Counted from the first letter of the whole stretch, positions 13,476-27,521 are shown. The stretch: DNA of 63,608 bases, filler included, from Octopus bimaculoides (GCF_001194135.2; 4 parts of 4 records of this genome joined end to end with filler, not necessarily neighbours in it); one strand, 5' to 3'. A program made the numbers and translations. Notes: generated by a model not told the origin, from the sequence alone.

Positions 13476-14755
13476 NNNNNNNNNNNNNNNNNNNNNNNNN
13501 NNNNNNNNNNNNNNNNNNNNNNNNNNNNNNNNNNNNNNNNNNNNNNNNNNNNNNNNNNNNNNNNNNNNNNNNNNNNNNNNNNNNNNNNNNNNNNNNNNNN
13601 NNNNNNNNNNNNNNNNNNNNNNNNNNNNNNNNNNNNNNNNNNNNNNNNNNNNNNNNNNNNNNNNNNNNNNNNNNNNNNNNNNNNNNNNNNNNNNNNNNNN
13701 NNNNNNNNNNNNNNNNNNNNNNNNNNNNNNNNNNNNNNNNNNNNNNNNNNNNNNNNNNNNNNNNNNNNNNNNNNNNNNNNNNNNNNNNNNNNNNNNNNNN
13801 NNNNNNNNNNNNNNNNNNNNNNNNNNNNNNNNNNNNNNNNNNNNNNNNNNNNNNNNNNNNNNNNNNNNNNNNNNNNNNNNNNNNNNNNNNNNNNNNNNNN
13901 NNNNNNNNNNNNNNNNNNNNNNNNNNNNNNNNNNNNNNNNNNNNGTGTGTGTGTATGCATATGTATGTGTGTATATGTATACACACTCCTACGAGGCGTC
14001 GTTCACTTATTCAAAATGCAACATTCTTTTCTTCAGCAAAAATAGAAAAGCAAGTTCTCTGAGAAATCATGATTTTGCTGATGCTCGTTCCTTTTTTTTT
14101 GACTTCACATCCTAGATCGTAATACGATTTTGTCTTTGAAATTTCAAAAAAAAAAAATATAAATATTTACATTCCAATTTTATTCTTTTATTCCTATTTT
14201 TTTCTTTACGTCATTTTTTAGTTCTTTAGTTCGGTGTATTTCTGATACGATTTTATCATATCAAAATTTAACTTAGATTATTATTATTTTTTTGTTTTTA
14301 TATTTCAATACTTTGCTTTATCACTTTACATAATTAGATATTGCACGATTCTGTATTTATTTTAATCCTGAACCATCATAGACCCGGAAGATATTAATCT
14401 AGACACACATTTATAGAATCGGGAAATATCAGATGGTAGCGTTGATAAGAAATTTGCTTCTAACACATTCAGCTTATCATATGATCCCACATTGCAGCAC
14501 AAAACCATGCTTCTTCTGTCATAGAATCGGTTGGATGAAAAAAAATATACTTGCGAGTGAATATGTTAGACGGAAATTTAAAGAAGCCCAACGGAGCGAG
14601 TGAGAATATCTTGGCTATTGCGTTTGGCTGCTTTAAACCAAGTTTCGATTTAATACCGCCACTGGACACGTTGATGTTGCAGTGGTGTCTAGTTTATTGG
14701 TTGCAAGCGAGAAGTGTCCACAAAGTCTGGGTACATGCGGATTAACACATACTTT

Positions 14756-14846
14756 AGCAGAAGACACTAGCCCAAGGTGTCATGCAGTGGGACTGAACCC
14801 AGAACCATGAGGTTGGTAAGCAACCTACTTAACGTACAGCCACGCC
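14756..14846 (-). mobile_element. tRNA-derived CORE-like SINE (family A, OR2-like), 5' head fragment
   Basis: Reverse complement reads ggcgtggctgtacgttaagtaggttgcttaccaacctcatggttctgggttcagtcccactgcatgacaccttgggctagtgtcttct, matching the head of the full copy at 61016. Confidence 0.75.
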
Positions 14847-15844
14847 AGCCATCAGCAACATTTTTTTTTTTTTCGGTGATTGCAATACCGAAACGCAACT
14901 GGTGTAGTGAACCACATTTGTTGAACTATTTAAAAAAAAGTAATTAATTTGGTAATAATGTTCCATCTTCGCTGCATATTTATTTCGAGTTACCATTTTA
15001 AAGTCCCTTACATTTAATAGGTCAACAATAATTTTAATAGAGATTTGAATATGATATGAACATTTCTCGCTGAAAATTCTTGTCAAAACCGAATAAAAGT
15101 AAAAAAAAAAATCGTTTAATCGATTAAATTTCTATTTCTATTTTCGTGTTTTGCAAGATGAGTGACCTAGAATAACCTCAATGCCTCTACTAAAAGCAGA
15201 ATAGTGATGTTTTTTAGCCCCTGGTCAGCCGTAACCGAGCAGAGTTAAAATAAAAAAGCTTAAGTTTGTATGTTCCTCTTACATTTCAAGTAAAAGGCAC
15301 ATCTTTATTTCGGGAGAGAACAATTTCTTTCCTTTCGTCTCACTCCAGATAGAATTGCATTTATATAACGAATTAAATGAGTTTGCTTACGTGTGGACGA
15401 GTTTTAATTATACATTAAATATTGTTTGGCATGAGGCTAGCACTTTCAGAGGTTCCGGTTTTATCAACCTCGTAAGAATGAAAGGCAAAAATCGATCCCG
15501 GTGCAATTTGAACTCAGGACGTGTATATATTAGGGACTCCTTCATAGAGTCCCTTCATATACACGCGTGTATATATGAAGAAACCGAGAGCACAGAAACA
15601 ACTGTAAGCAAATGTGGTTCATAATTGTTTATTCTTTTCTCATCCCACACACTTTACTACTGTCCTGTATTCGACTGAAGCTTCATCTAGAGAGGTAAGC
15701 CCGGAAACGGCGCGCATTCTCTCCTGATGACCCCATACGCTTTCTGTCTTCCGATATGTGGAGCTTCCAACTGGTAGCACTTGCATGTGTAAGTTGTTTT
15801 CAGAGTACATATATTGAGTTATTACTCCAGGTTATTAGTACACC

Positions 15845-16229
15845 GTGGAGGCGCAATGGCCAAGTAATTAGGGCAGCGGACTCGCGGACATAGGATCGCG
15901 GTTTCGATTCCCAGACCGGGCGTTGTGAGTGTTTATTGAGCGAAAATACCTAAAGCTCCACGAGGCTCCGGCAGGGGATGGTGGCGAACCCTGGTTTACT
16001 CTTTCACCACAACTTTCTCCCACTCTTACTTCCTGTTTCTCTTGTTCCTGTAATTCAAAGGGTCAGCATTGTCACACTGTGTCACGCTGAATATCCCCGA
16101 GAACTACGTTAAGGGTACACGTGTCTGTGGAGTGCTCAGCCACTTGCACGTTAATTTCACGAGCAGGTTGTTCCGTTGATCGGATCAACTGGAACCCTCG
16201 ACGTCGTAAGCGACGGAGTGCCAACAACA
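15845..16229 (+). mobile_element. Full-length tRNA-derived SINE (family C) with 11-bp target-site duplication
   Basis: A-box-like TGGCCAAGTAATTAGG and B-box-like GGTTTCGATTCCC in the head; short (CAA)n tail; ATTAGTACACC flanks both ends (15834-15844 and 16230-16240). Confidence 0.88.
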
Positions 16230-17483
16230 ATTAGTACACCAATGCTTAGGCGATAAACATGCATCAGCCAGCGACAGATACAGAGCTTACTTCAACCAAA
16301 TTCATTCTGCGATTTTGCCCCCAGACCTGGTCGTATGTAGATACAAACTTGCTCAAGATACCATATAGTGATGGCACTTAATCCTAAACAACATGGATGC
16401 GAAGTGACTGTTTTAACCACACAGCCATTCTTGCACCAAAGGTTTTGTAAAGCTATTATCAAGAGATAATACAAAGTTGTTTTCTTTCCAGGTGTTTCAT
16501 ACATTCCAACATCCTATTGATTAGAAAATAACTAGTTTGACGCATAAGGGTTGAAATTCGCAATGCAAAGATGCGAAATAAATGACGCTGTAACAATCCG
16601 GTCACCGTAATAACTATCCTATGCTGGTAATTCATAGATGTAGGAAGGCTAAAACGTAATCATAAGTGGAATTTGAGATCAGAAGACAAACTACCTACGT
16701 CATGTTTTATCTTACGCTCCAATCAATGAGGTTGGAAACCTGATTGTTGTTCTTATTTTTATAGTAATATAATCGTGGGTGTATTTACTGAATAAAAGCC
16801 GGGTGGGGGTGACTACAAGAAAGTCTTCGATTAAAACTTTACTCGGCGAGGATATATTTATTTGAGGTGAAATATTAAGAAGATAAAACGGAATTATATA
16901 TTTTCAGGTTATCACAAATGGCAGTAATAATCAACCGGAAATGCAGACTCTTCTTAGAAAAGAAACAACGAATTTGGTGAATAGAACGATTGATATGGAA
17001 TAGCTGTTTGACTAAGTAAACAAGGGGTACATGTGTTAGCAAGACTAAATCGGGTGGGGAAAATCGGCATAGATTTGTATAATGAGATCCTTTGTCATTT
17101 ACGTCCAACTCATGGTAGCCATTAACATTAATTCAGTGAAAACAAAGAGGAGTTTCTGAACGCTGTTAACCCTATTAATAGGTGAAAATATGGAGGGATT
17201 TCAAAGTTTTCTAACGGTGATATTACGTTTCAATACATGCATCCGCATATATATATATATATATAATGTATATAATGTATGTTTAAGCAAATCTATGTAT
17301 CGATGCGTGTATGATTATGTGTACGTGTGTGTCTCTTTTCAATGTGTAAACAACCACGCACGCACGCACACACACACACACTCGTATGCGTGCGTTTCCC
17401 TGTAATTATATAATACAGACATACATATTTATCTAAATATCTATCTATTTATATATATGCATGTATGTGTGTATATATGTTTG

Positions 17484-17548
<65 letters not shown>

Positions 17549-18083
17549 GAATGTATCTGTCAGTTTCTATATGTATAATTTAAATTATATTTCCTTGTCA
17601 GATTTCGTTACTTTTCGAAGAATTATTTTCTTTCCCTTTGTTGCATTTTTTTTTGTTTTTGTTTTTGAGTTTATTCACTAATTTCGTTTTATTCTTCTCT
17701 TTCCCATCGCTCATATCACTTCTTTACTCTCTTCCTCCCTGTCTTCAATCAATCAATCTTTATGAAATTCTTTCAGCTTCAAAAGCAAGAAATAATTTTC
17801 GTAATTCTTTTTATTCTTTACTTTTCTTGTTTTATTATTGGAAACACAGCAAAATGTATCAGCCAAATGCTTCGTTTAATCAAAGTTGATGAGTGTCTAA
17901 AGTATCGCCGTAATTAAATCACGTGTGACAAAAGAAAGTATACTTTTTTAAAACACGCACACACACACAAACACATACATATGAATATATGTATATTTAT
18001 ATGCATACACACACGCACAAACACACACACATATATAAATATATGCAATTTCAGCGTGGAAGATATAAGACTGATATGTGTGT

Positions 18084-18133
<50 letters not shown>

Positions 18134-18719
18134 NNNNNNNNNNNNNNNNNNNNNNNNNNNNNNNNNNNNNNNNNNNNNNNNNNNNNNNNNNNNNNNNNNN
18201 NNNNNNNNNNNNNNNNNNNNNNNNNNNNNNNNNNNNNNNNNNNNNNNNNNNNNNNNNNNNNNNNNNNNNNNNNNNNNNNNNNNNNNNNNNNNNNNNNNNN
18301 NNNNNNNNNNNNNNNNNNNNNNNNNNNNNNNNNNNNNNNNNNNNNNNNNNNNNNNNNNNNNNNNNNNNNNNNNNNNNNNNNNNNNNNNNNNNNNNNNNNN
18401 NNNNNNNNNNNNNNNNNNNNNNNNNNNNNNNNNNNNNNNNNNNNNNNNNNNNNNNNNNNNNNNNNNNNNNNNNNNNNNNNNNNNNNNNNNNNNNNNNNNN
18501 NNNNNNNNNNNNNNNATATATGCATAAGAATGTATGTAAATATATATGCGTGTGTATATATGCATATATATATATGCATAAGAATGTATGTAAATACATA
18601 TGCGTGTGTATATATATATATAAAGACAGACGAAATACCTCTAAGCATTTTGTCCGTTGTGCTGGCGATGTTACAGTCTCACCAATGTCATCATATGTTT
18701 TAAATTATTTTCAAATTTT

Positions 18720-18920
18720 AGCACAAAGCCAGCAAGTTCAGGGAGTAGGCGTAAGTCGATTACATCGACCCCAGTGTCCACTTCGTACTTACTTTATCGA
18801 CTCCGGAAAGATGAAACGCAATGTTAGCCTAGGCGGATTTTGAACGCAGAACATAAAACCGCTGACATGCCGCCAAGCAGTTCTTTGCCCGGTGTGCTAA
18901 CGATTCTGGCAGCTCACCGT
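18720..18920 (-). mobile_element. tRNA-derived SINE (family B) copy
   Basis: Reverse complement contains gagctgccagaatcgttagcacaccgggcaaa..tgttctgcgttcaaaatccgcc..ggggtcgatgtaatcgactt, homologous to 19198-19345. Confidence 0.8.
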
Positions 18921-19197
18921 TTTCATCATTTCTAATATTGAAATAAAGAATAAAACGTATTATGACATAAGAGAAAACGATGGATAGATACAAAGAGAGA
19001 GGCGGAGGAGTGTGATATATTGATCCGCAAAAGTAGGAGAAGATTGGGAGAAAGAGAGACAGTCAGTGGGGGTTCTAAACGTATTATACATTACATCTTA
19101 TTTGTCTATCAACGATCGCCGTGTAATTGGGTTCGTTTGAATGTTTAATGACCTCGGTCATCACATTGTTGTTGCTGTGTTATTATTGTCGGTGTCA

Positions 19198-19378
19198 AGG
19201 CGGAGACCGTGAAGAATGGTTAGAACGCCGGGCGTAATGCTTAGCAGTATTTCGTCTGCCGCTACGTTCTGAGTTCAAATTCTGCCGAGGTTGACTTTGC
19301 CTTTCATCCTCTCGGGGTCGTTAAATTAAGTACCAATTAAGTACTCAGAACCTAACGATTCTGCCAGCTCGCCTCCTT
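19198..19378 (+). mobile_element. tRNA-derived SINE (family B), 3'-truncated, followed by an inverted 5'-head fragment (19351-19378) and (AAT)n
   Basis: agaatggttagaacgccgggcgtaatgcttagc..ctgagttcaaattctgccgaggttgactttgcctttcatcctctcggggtcg; then ctaacgattctgccagctcgcctcctt, the reverse complement of the family head. Confidence 0.8.
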
Positions 19379-21189
19379 AATAATAATAATAATAATAATG
19401 GGCAAATTTGGATACACGACAGTTTAACATAATAGCAAGAATATATATTATTGAAGAATTTCAGTAACGTCGTATATGTGTTGTTTCCTTCAACCAGGTG
19501 TCATTCAAATGGAGGAATCTAGTCCAGCCGAGTCTAAGGTTGATAGCACTTGAGCTATGGGGCTGGACACGAAATGACAACGTTACGACTTTACCAACTG
19601 AATCACGCAGTACTACCAACTCATATCTAGCTAATATGAAAATATAGCGCCAATACTTGGTGACTAGTGTTCTTTCGTTTGAAATTTTGCAACTGCGTGC
19701 GCTTGAATGTCCCCATACATAAACCTACAAATACACACACATAGTATATATAATATATTACGTATACATACATGTATATACGCATAGGCATGCCACACTC
19801 GCAGAGATTAGACTCTCAGACATATGCATACATGTATATTTATAAGTGTATGTGTATCTGTATACATGCTTGTATGCTAAACAGAAATGTGCGATATATA
19901 TATATATGAGGAAAGAGTAAAATAATTGAAAGATAATACAAATATAGTGTGTCTTGCAGCCTGTCTGAATCAACAATAAATTTAGAAAAAAACAAAACAA
20001 AATAAAGTAAACAAAATCTACAAAAAAATATTATAACGAAAATGACTTACACACGCATAAGACGTAAAAGAAAATGGAAAAAAGCAGACGACAGTTTTTT
20101 ATCGTTTTTTGTTAATAAAATTTAATATATTTACAAAAGAAAAAAAATTACAATAGAATAACTAACAAGAAATTGGTTAAATATCGACTTTTTTTTTTTA
20201 GCGAGAATCTTATGTCAAGATTTCCAACACGTTTTATCAGACTCTTATCAAGTGGCAATCGAACGTGTGAGGTTTCAAACCCTGCAGGTAAGAAACTGCT
20301 TCTTCATTTTTATTTCACTTTTTATTAAGTTTCTCGATTTTGAAATTTAATATATGTTGTTATCTCCATTTGTTGTTGTCGGTGTTTAGTGGTTATTATT
20401 TTTTAGTTTGTTTCTTTTTATTATTCATATTGACTTGTTTTTTTCTGTCGATAGTTGCTTCTGAAATTTGTTTTCTCCTTCTGCTCGAAACAAAGATATT
20501 GTGTATAAGAATTTGTTTTCCTTTTCAATAAATGTTATAACGTTTCTAAGAACAAGGACGAGTTGACATTAAATACTCTCTACCTGAGTGGAAGATCGTT
20601 CTAGCATTCTTATTCTTATTCTGCTTCTTCCTGATCAACTAGAGATGTAAATTGTAATAAACGCCTAAGCTACCATTTCTGTGGGTTAAAGTGCAGGCAC
20701 TTGACATTTTTTTCTTTTTAAACATCTCAATTGTAACAAACAGAGCTATTGTTCTGAGACTTTGTTAACTGAAAAGAGATCTTATAAATAAATAGCGAAG
20801 AAAATTTCAATAGAATAGCTCGACAGTCAACTTTATAAGCCGCACTTAAAGTTCTTGTGATTGGCAGAGAGATGTAACTATATATGTCTCAATTATAGCT
20901 CTTGTAAATGAGGCATGTGTGTAGTTAAAGAACAAGTTTCTATCTACAGGCTAAAATGAAAGGAGAGAAAATTTAACAGTGTTTAAAACTTCATCTGTAG
21001 AGTGGATATTAAATAACTGAGATATTGTCTTCTATGATGTTATTGTCCTTGAAATTGTCGTTGTTCTTTCATCCGGAGTTAGCTTTGACGGAACGAAACT
21101 ACGATCAAATGAATTCCAATCGTGTCAATCATATAGTTCTCTCAAGTGCTTTATGGACCTCATTAAATAATTCATGAAATTTCGAGGGA

Positions 21190-21315
21190 TGTCGTAAATC
21201 GATTACATCGACTCAGTGCTCAAACCCTGGATGGGATGAAAGTAAAGTCGACCTCGGTGGAATATGAACTCAAAACGTAAAGAACGACCCCCGTGCTAAC
21301 GATCGTGGTTGCCCA
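21190..21315 (-). mobile_element. SINE family B, internally deleted copy
   Basis: gattacatcgactcagtg..gatgaaagtaaagtcgacctcggtggaatatgaactcaaaacgtaaag..gtgctaacgat matches the reverse complement of family B. Confidence 0.7.
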
Positions 21316-22068
21316 CTACCCCGGACCTCATTACATAATGAGACACGTTTTCTGCCCAGTGGGGGTTCAGAACGAATTAAATACACGTCGATTAGACAAG
21401 TGAAAGAAACCATTCCAACCGTAGCCATCCTATCCATGACATACTTTATGATGTGTCATGTAATTTTTGGAGGTTAACATTCAAATTAATTCTCATTGGG
21501 TTGACCTTCAATCAAAAAAATATAACCCTGGTCTATCCCCTTTTTTATTCAGACGGAATGCGTTTAGGACTATATTATCTAGTGTAACCATCTTCTGCGT
21601 TGGTGCTATCATTTATATTCTTAATAAATCTTGAAATTAAAGGATTCCCGGCCGTGACGACTTCTACCAGTTGTAGTCAGATACAGAAGTCATTATCCAT
21701 GTCTGACTTATTATTAGTTGTTGTAACTGTTGGTGTTTCTTAACTGGCGTAGTACAGAGCTCGATGTCAATCAAGCAGTTACCATGTCGGCTGTCTATCT
21801 ACTCCTCATTTCGAGCATTCAACGACGATATGGGACTTCAAAGACAGATGCTCCCATAAATTCTAAAATAGAATTTAGGATTTATGGGTCAAAGTTGGGA
21901 GCAAAAACGGGACAGTGGAGACATATATATGCGTGAAATTGGATTAATGTGAAATTGAATTGATTACGTGTAATTTAATTAATTAATGAATAAATGCATG
22001 CATAAAAACATACACATATATACATACATATACATGTAAACAAATATATATATATCTAAATACATCTA

Positions 22069-22129
<61 letters not shown>

Positions 22130-22781
22130 CATATATACACACATATACATAATATACCCACACATGCATCTTGACATATATATATATATATCTTCATATC
22201 TTAATAGTAATATGTTAATATCATAAAATCCAAACCACAACAACAATAATAATCATAGACATAGAACATCGTATTTCCTCTGTGCGGTTGCCAAACGAAA
22301 TTAGATTAATTGCATACAGAATATTCGCGTGTTCCTCTCTCGCACCGTCTTCCTTTCCTTCACACTACCTCTTACTTCCCCTCTCTTCCTTCTCTCTCAT
22401 TTCTTCTTCCTTTTTTACTTCTCTCTCCCCATTCCTCTCCATCTCTAACTTTCAATATGGACAAAGACGCATTCGTAATCTCGTTACTCAAATAACGAAA
22501 CACTTTTCCTTCGCTAGACAATGGGTTACAATACTTTTTCTCTTTACTTATGCTATTATATAATTAATTTTCGTTCGAGATTTATTTATTTATCTATTTA
22601 TATGCTATTGTTCTTGTGTTGCTTTATTTGTTTACTGATAATTTCGGTGGGATTTAGCAATTAACTTAAGAGCTGTTATTATAAAATTCATACCCTTAAC
22701 ACGCTGTGCAAACAGTTAAAATGTTAAGGCGATTTTCTTCACATCCCTCTACTTCTCTTTGTCTCTGTATAAATGCACACC

Positions 22782-22826
<45 letters not shown>

Positions 22827-23198
22827 GATTACTCATACGCACAACTTGGATATATCATTTCCACTTTCAAAGAATTGGTTTCTCTCTGACTCTCCATCTG
22901 CATCTCACAGTATCCTACACACTCTTAGACGTTCTCTCTCTCCCCTTCCTCTCTCCCCTTTTCTATCTCTCTCCTTTATCTCTCTCTCTCCTTTATCTCT
23001 CTCTCTCTCTCTCTCTCTCTCATTCTCAGTAGTGCGTGTGTATATATATCTCTGTATATGTGTCTCTAGATAGATAGATAGATAGATAGACTGATCGTCA
23101 GATAGATATACCGATAGACCGATAGATAGATACATGAATAGATACATACATAGATAGATGCTGAAGTATTCAGATATATATGGACTCACGAGCACACG

Positions 23199-23235
<37 letters not shown>

Positions 23236-23359
23236 CTTTAAATTCGAAATAAACATAAACTTAAATTTAATGACGACAATGAAGCTACAAGATGCTGCGC
23301 AGTCATTCTGCGCAGTCATACGTATACACACGCACACACACACACGTACACACATATAT

Positions 23360-23441
<82 letters not shown>

Positions 23442-23452
23442 GCACACAGACA

Positions 23453-23744
23453 TACGAGGTTTGATCAATAAGTATACGAACTGCTTTCATAATAACGAAG
23501 CAAATGCACGCAGAGTGAAACCGCTTGGCATGGATCGACCTTGATCTCTGCTGTGCATGTGCTTGAGGACTACACACCTTCCTTCCAAGCACTGCTGTAG
23601 ACAGTGGTAGAGAGTTAGAACATTAAAACTCAGTGCGCATGCACAGCAGAGTTGAGGGTCAATCTGTGCCAAGCGGATTCAGTTTTCGTGCTTTAAATTC
23701 GTTACTATGGCAACAGTTCCAGGGCCCTATTGATCAGACCACAG
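23453..23744. mobile_element. Tc1/mariner-type MITE with ~110-bp inverted arms
   Basis: Left arm TACGAGGTTTGATCAATAAG..ccgcttggcatggatcgaccttgatctctgctgtgcatg aligns with the reverse complement of the right arm (..ggtctgatcaatagg..ccgcttggcacagattgaccctcaactctgctgtgcatg). Starts at a TA. Confidence 0.8.
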
Positions 23745-24008
23745 CAGTGGGAAAAACTGAGCATAACTGGGAAGTCATCCCAGGAATATCAGGTGAGGGA
23801 CTTTCTGATTCTGGCTGGTTCGAGCGAAGAAATTCCAAGAATATCAGGAATTAAACTTTCTGATCATGCTTGTCCAAACATGTATCGCTTAAGTAAAGCC
23901 AAGAAAATATTTTCTCACTGTTCAACCGCCATTCCGTTACTACGCAGAATCACAAAAATACAAGAATTTTTTTTTTATCGTATATTTTTTACTTGTTTCA
24001 ATCTTTAG

Positions 24009-24230
24009 ATCGCGGGCCATGCTGGGGCACAGACTTGAAGGATTTTAATGGTTGGAATTGACCAAAGTACTTCAGACCCTGGTACTTATTCTATCGCCCC
24101 TTTGCCTAGTCGCTAAGTTATGGGGACGCTGACGAACTAACACCGGCAGTCAAGTGGTGGTTGCATACCAAGGCAGACAAATAGACAGTCACAAACGTGC
24201 ATATATATGTTTATATGTGTGTGTGTATAT

Positions 24231-24289
<59 letters not shown>

Positions 24290-24530
24290 TGTATGTATGT
24301 ATGTATGTATGTATGTATGTATGTATGTATGTATGTGCTCGTGCGTGATTGTCTATATGTCTGTCACAAATAATAGAGGTTATTTTAGATTTCCGTCTAC
24401 CAAATCCATTCATTATAGACTTTGGTTGGCCAGAGGCTATAGAAGAAGACACTTGCCCAAGGTGCCATGCAGTAGGACTGAACCCGTATTCGTGTGGTTG
24501 GAAAGGAATCACATTTACCCACAGCGACGT
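24009..24530 (-). mobile_element. CORE-like SINE family A copy with internal (TATG)n expansion
   Basis: Contains gaagacacttgcccaaggtgccatgcagtaggactgaacc, tttccgtctaccaaatcc, gctaagttatggggacg and ggccatgctggggcac, collinear with the reverse complement of 61016-61417. Confidence 0.8.
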
Positions 24531-24825
24531 TCATACCTCTTGTACAACAAAAGGACATGCGTTCGTGGATGGCCGAAGACCAAAGGGCAATCGCCTAGAA
24601 CACGCCCGGTCGTACGATATCTATGGTCAGTAAAAATGAAATTTTATTAAATATCATTTCTGATTCTACATTTGAACTCCTATTACCGAACGATGTATCA
24701 TAAAAAAATCTTGCAATATATTTTAGACATTCAGGAAACCCGATTCGGGAAACAATTGATCTTAATTTTAATTCTTTCTTCGTCACACACCCACAGACGT
24801 ACGCACACAAATTCACGCATGCACG

Positions 24826-24869
<44 letters not shown>

Positions 24870-25106
24870 AACAAGACACGTGATACATTGGCCTGAATAA
24901 TTTAGTGATAGGAAAAAAAATTTGGTAAGATAAAGAGATGAAGAAGTGAAAAAAACCAACAATACTGTAAAATTCGAAGAACATATTTATATCGGCAAAA
25001 CCGAAAAATCAAAAGAAAAAAAGCGAAGAAGGAACAAGGGAGAGAAGGAGAATGAATAGGTGAGAACTTGAGAGAGGAGGAGAAGAGAGGGAGAGAAAGC
25101 GAGATA

Positions 25107-25217
<111 letters not shown>

Positions 25218-25319
25218 ATCGAGTGCAAATAACACAACGTTTATCAAATAGAAAATATAAATGTATTTACTGGTATTTATCTATCGTTTGTTTCTAAACA
25301 AGCAAGCCAGCACACAAAC

Positions 25320-25350
<31 letters not shown>

Positions 25351-25542
25351 GGACGAGAGGAAAAGAAGAAAAACAGAAGATACAAACGCACACACACACA
25401 CACACACACGTATATGTCCGTATGTATATAACTAGATGTATGTGTATAAGTTTAGCCACATTTATATATGTCCATATATAGATATATATATAAATAAATG
25501 CCTATAATAAACTTGTGAATAAGCATCTTCATAAAAATACTA

Positions 25543-25579
<37 letters not shown>

Positions 25580-26191
25580 TATATAAATATATATACGAAT
25601 ACACATATACACACATGCATATATACATGTATGTACACATATATACGTGTATGTGTGGGTATATGCGTATGTGTGTGTATAATATACTTATTCACATATA
25701 CATACAGGAACGGACGCACACACATTGATATGATGCGAGGAAGGTTACTTACATACAACTACAATAACAGAAACAACAACAACGGCAGCTGGAAGTGATA
25801 GAAACAGAAATTATGCAAAACAACAAAAAACAATCACAAAAATATATAATAACCGAAATATCGATATAAAAAATGTCTCAAAGACCGATAATAAAATAAA
25901 ATAAATGTTTTACTGATATAAGTAAAATTGCCGCCAAAATAATAAAAAATAAATTTATTACTTCAACAAATAGTATTTTCTTTTTTATCTCTTGTATTTT
26001 ATTATCAACTAACTGAAACCGCAATGGTGAATGGCCGGCGGTTGTTGGGCCGTATGTGTGTACGCATATGAGAGTCAGTGTGTGTGTGTGTGAGTGAGTG
26101 AGTGTTTGTGTGTGTGTGTGTTTCTATATACATATATATATATATATATATATACATCCATCATATAATCAAATATAAATATGTATATACA

Positions 26192-26239
<48 letters not shown>

Positions 26240-26251
<12 letters not shown>

Positions 26252-26395
26252 GCACACATTTATCAATATATATATGTAAATATATACTACGTAAATATAA
26301 ATATATATATATATATATTATAATATATACGCACACATTTATCAATATATATAATATATATGTAAACATATACTACGTAAATATAAATATATATA
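26240..26395. repeat. Local tandem duplication (~78-bp unit) in an AT microsatellite
   Basis: tataatatatacgcacacatttatcaatatatat..atgtaaa(t/c)atatactacgtaaatataaatatatata occurs twice in tandem. Confidence 0.8.
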
Positions 26396-26506
26396 CATAC
26401 ATATACATTTATATATGTATAAATGTATCGATCCATATATATATATATATATATAAATACATATATATATATAAGCGTATATATTATCATTATTATTCAA
26501 TGTGTA

Positions 26507-26547
<41 letters not shown>

Positions 26548-27289
26548 CTGATCGTGTATGAGTGTGTATGTCAATTTGTGCATCTCTATAGTGTTCTAAC
26601 CTTTCCTCTCAGAATAAAAGAATATTCAATGAAAACACCTAATAAAAAACAATTTCAAAGTAAAATCGAAAAATACAAGGAGAATTCTCAAAATGGTTAA
26701 ATACCAAATCGAAATTTGAATATTCAAAAAAATATAAAGGAATAATTTATGTCTTTTCATTGAAATAATTAATACGATTCCAGCCTTTCGTTCTTAGGAA
26801 TGGTAAAGCAACCTTAGAAAGGATGGAAGCATCTCTTGAACTTCACGATGAGAAAACATACCAAGCTGTCTGTCCCACTACCTCCATCTCTGAAGCAGCT
26901 TAGCTTTCTTTATATCTAACTATCGATCTCTTTGTATAATATATATTTGTGTGTACGTCTCCTTCTCTCTTATATATATAGTACAGTATAGTCCGTGTTA
27001 TCCGTGGTTATCCGATTGATCCTCATCATTGATTCCTTTCATCAGATGATGCTGCATAAGTCGATGAATCAGAGAAGGATGGATTTCTGTGCCTGTGTGA
27101 AGGCAAATCTAGCTGTTATATTTATCCTACATTATATCGGTACGACCATGATGCAACCCCAAAAACACTGACTTATTACTCACTGTCGTTAGACGGTAGC
27201 CTCGGATCTTTATTTGCATACTCTTAACGTTACCTTAAACCAATTTAAAAGGTGTGTGTGTGTGGGGGGGGGTATGTGTGAGTTTTTTC

Positions 27290-27460
27290 TCCAACCACCG
27301 GTTGCCTACCGGTGCTTGTTTGTTTACATCTCCGTAAATTAGTAGATCAGCAAAAAGTGCGGGATTCAATAATTACAAGGCTTAAAAAGCAAAAAAAAAA
27401 AAATAGTTAGATTCATTCGGCTAAAAGATACGTCAAGGTTGTGCCCCAGCATGGGCGCAT
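27290..27460 (+). mobile_element. SINE family A, 3' half, diverged
   Basis: ggtgcttgtttgtttacatctccgtaaattagt..ggttgtgccccagcatgggcgca matches the family A tail. Confidence 0.6.
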
Positions 27461-27509
27461 ATATANNNNNNNNNNNNNNNNNNNNNNNNNNNNNNNNNNN
27501 NNNNNNNNN

Positions 27510-27521
27510 TTAATTAATTAA
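27510..27521. other. Assembly spacer TTAATTAATTAA between two 44-N blocks
   Basis: 44N + 12 nt + 44N = 100 nt; the same construct recurs at 48969 and 55178; it has stops in all six frames. Confidence 0.95.

Noticed and set aside
26790-26905. Plus-strand open stretch NGKATLERMEASLELHDEKTYQAVCPTTSISEAA* after a possible acceptor
   Set aside because: Short and unrecognised; cannot be distinguished from a random open frame without expression data.
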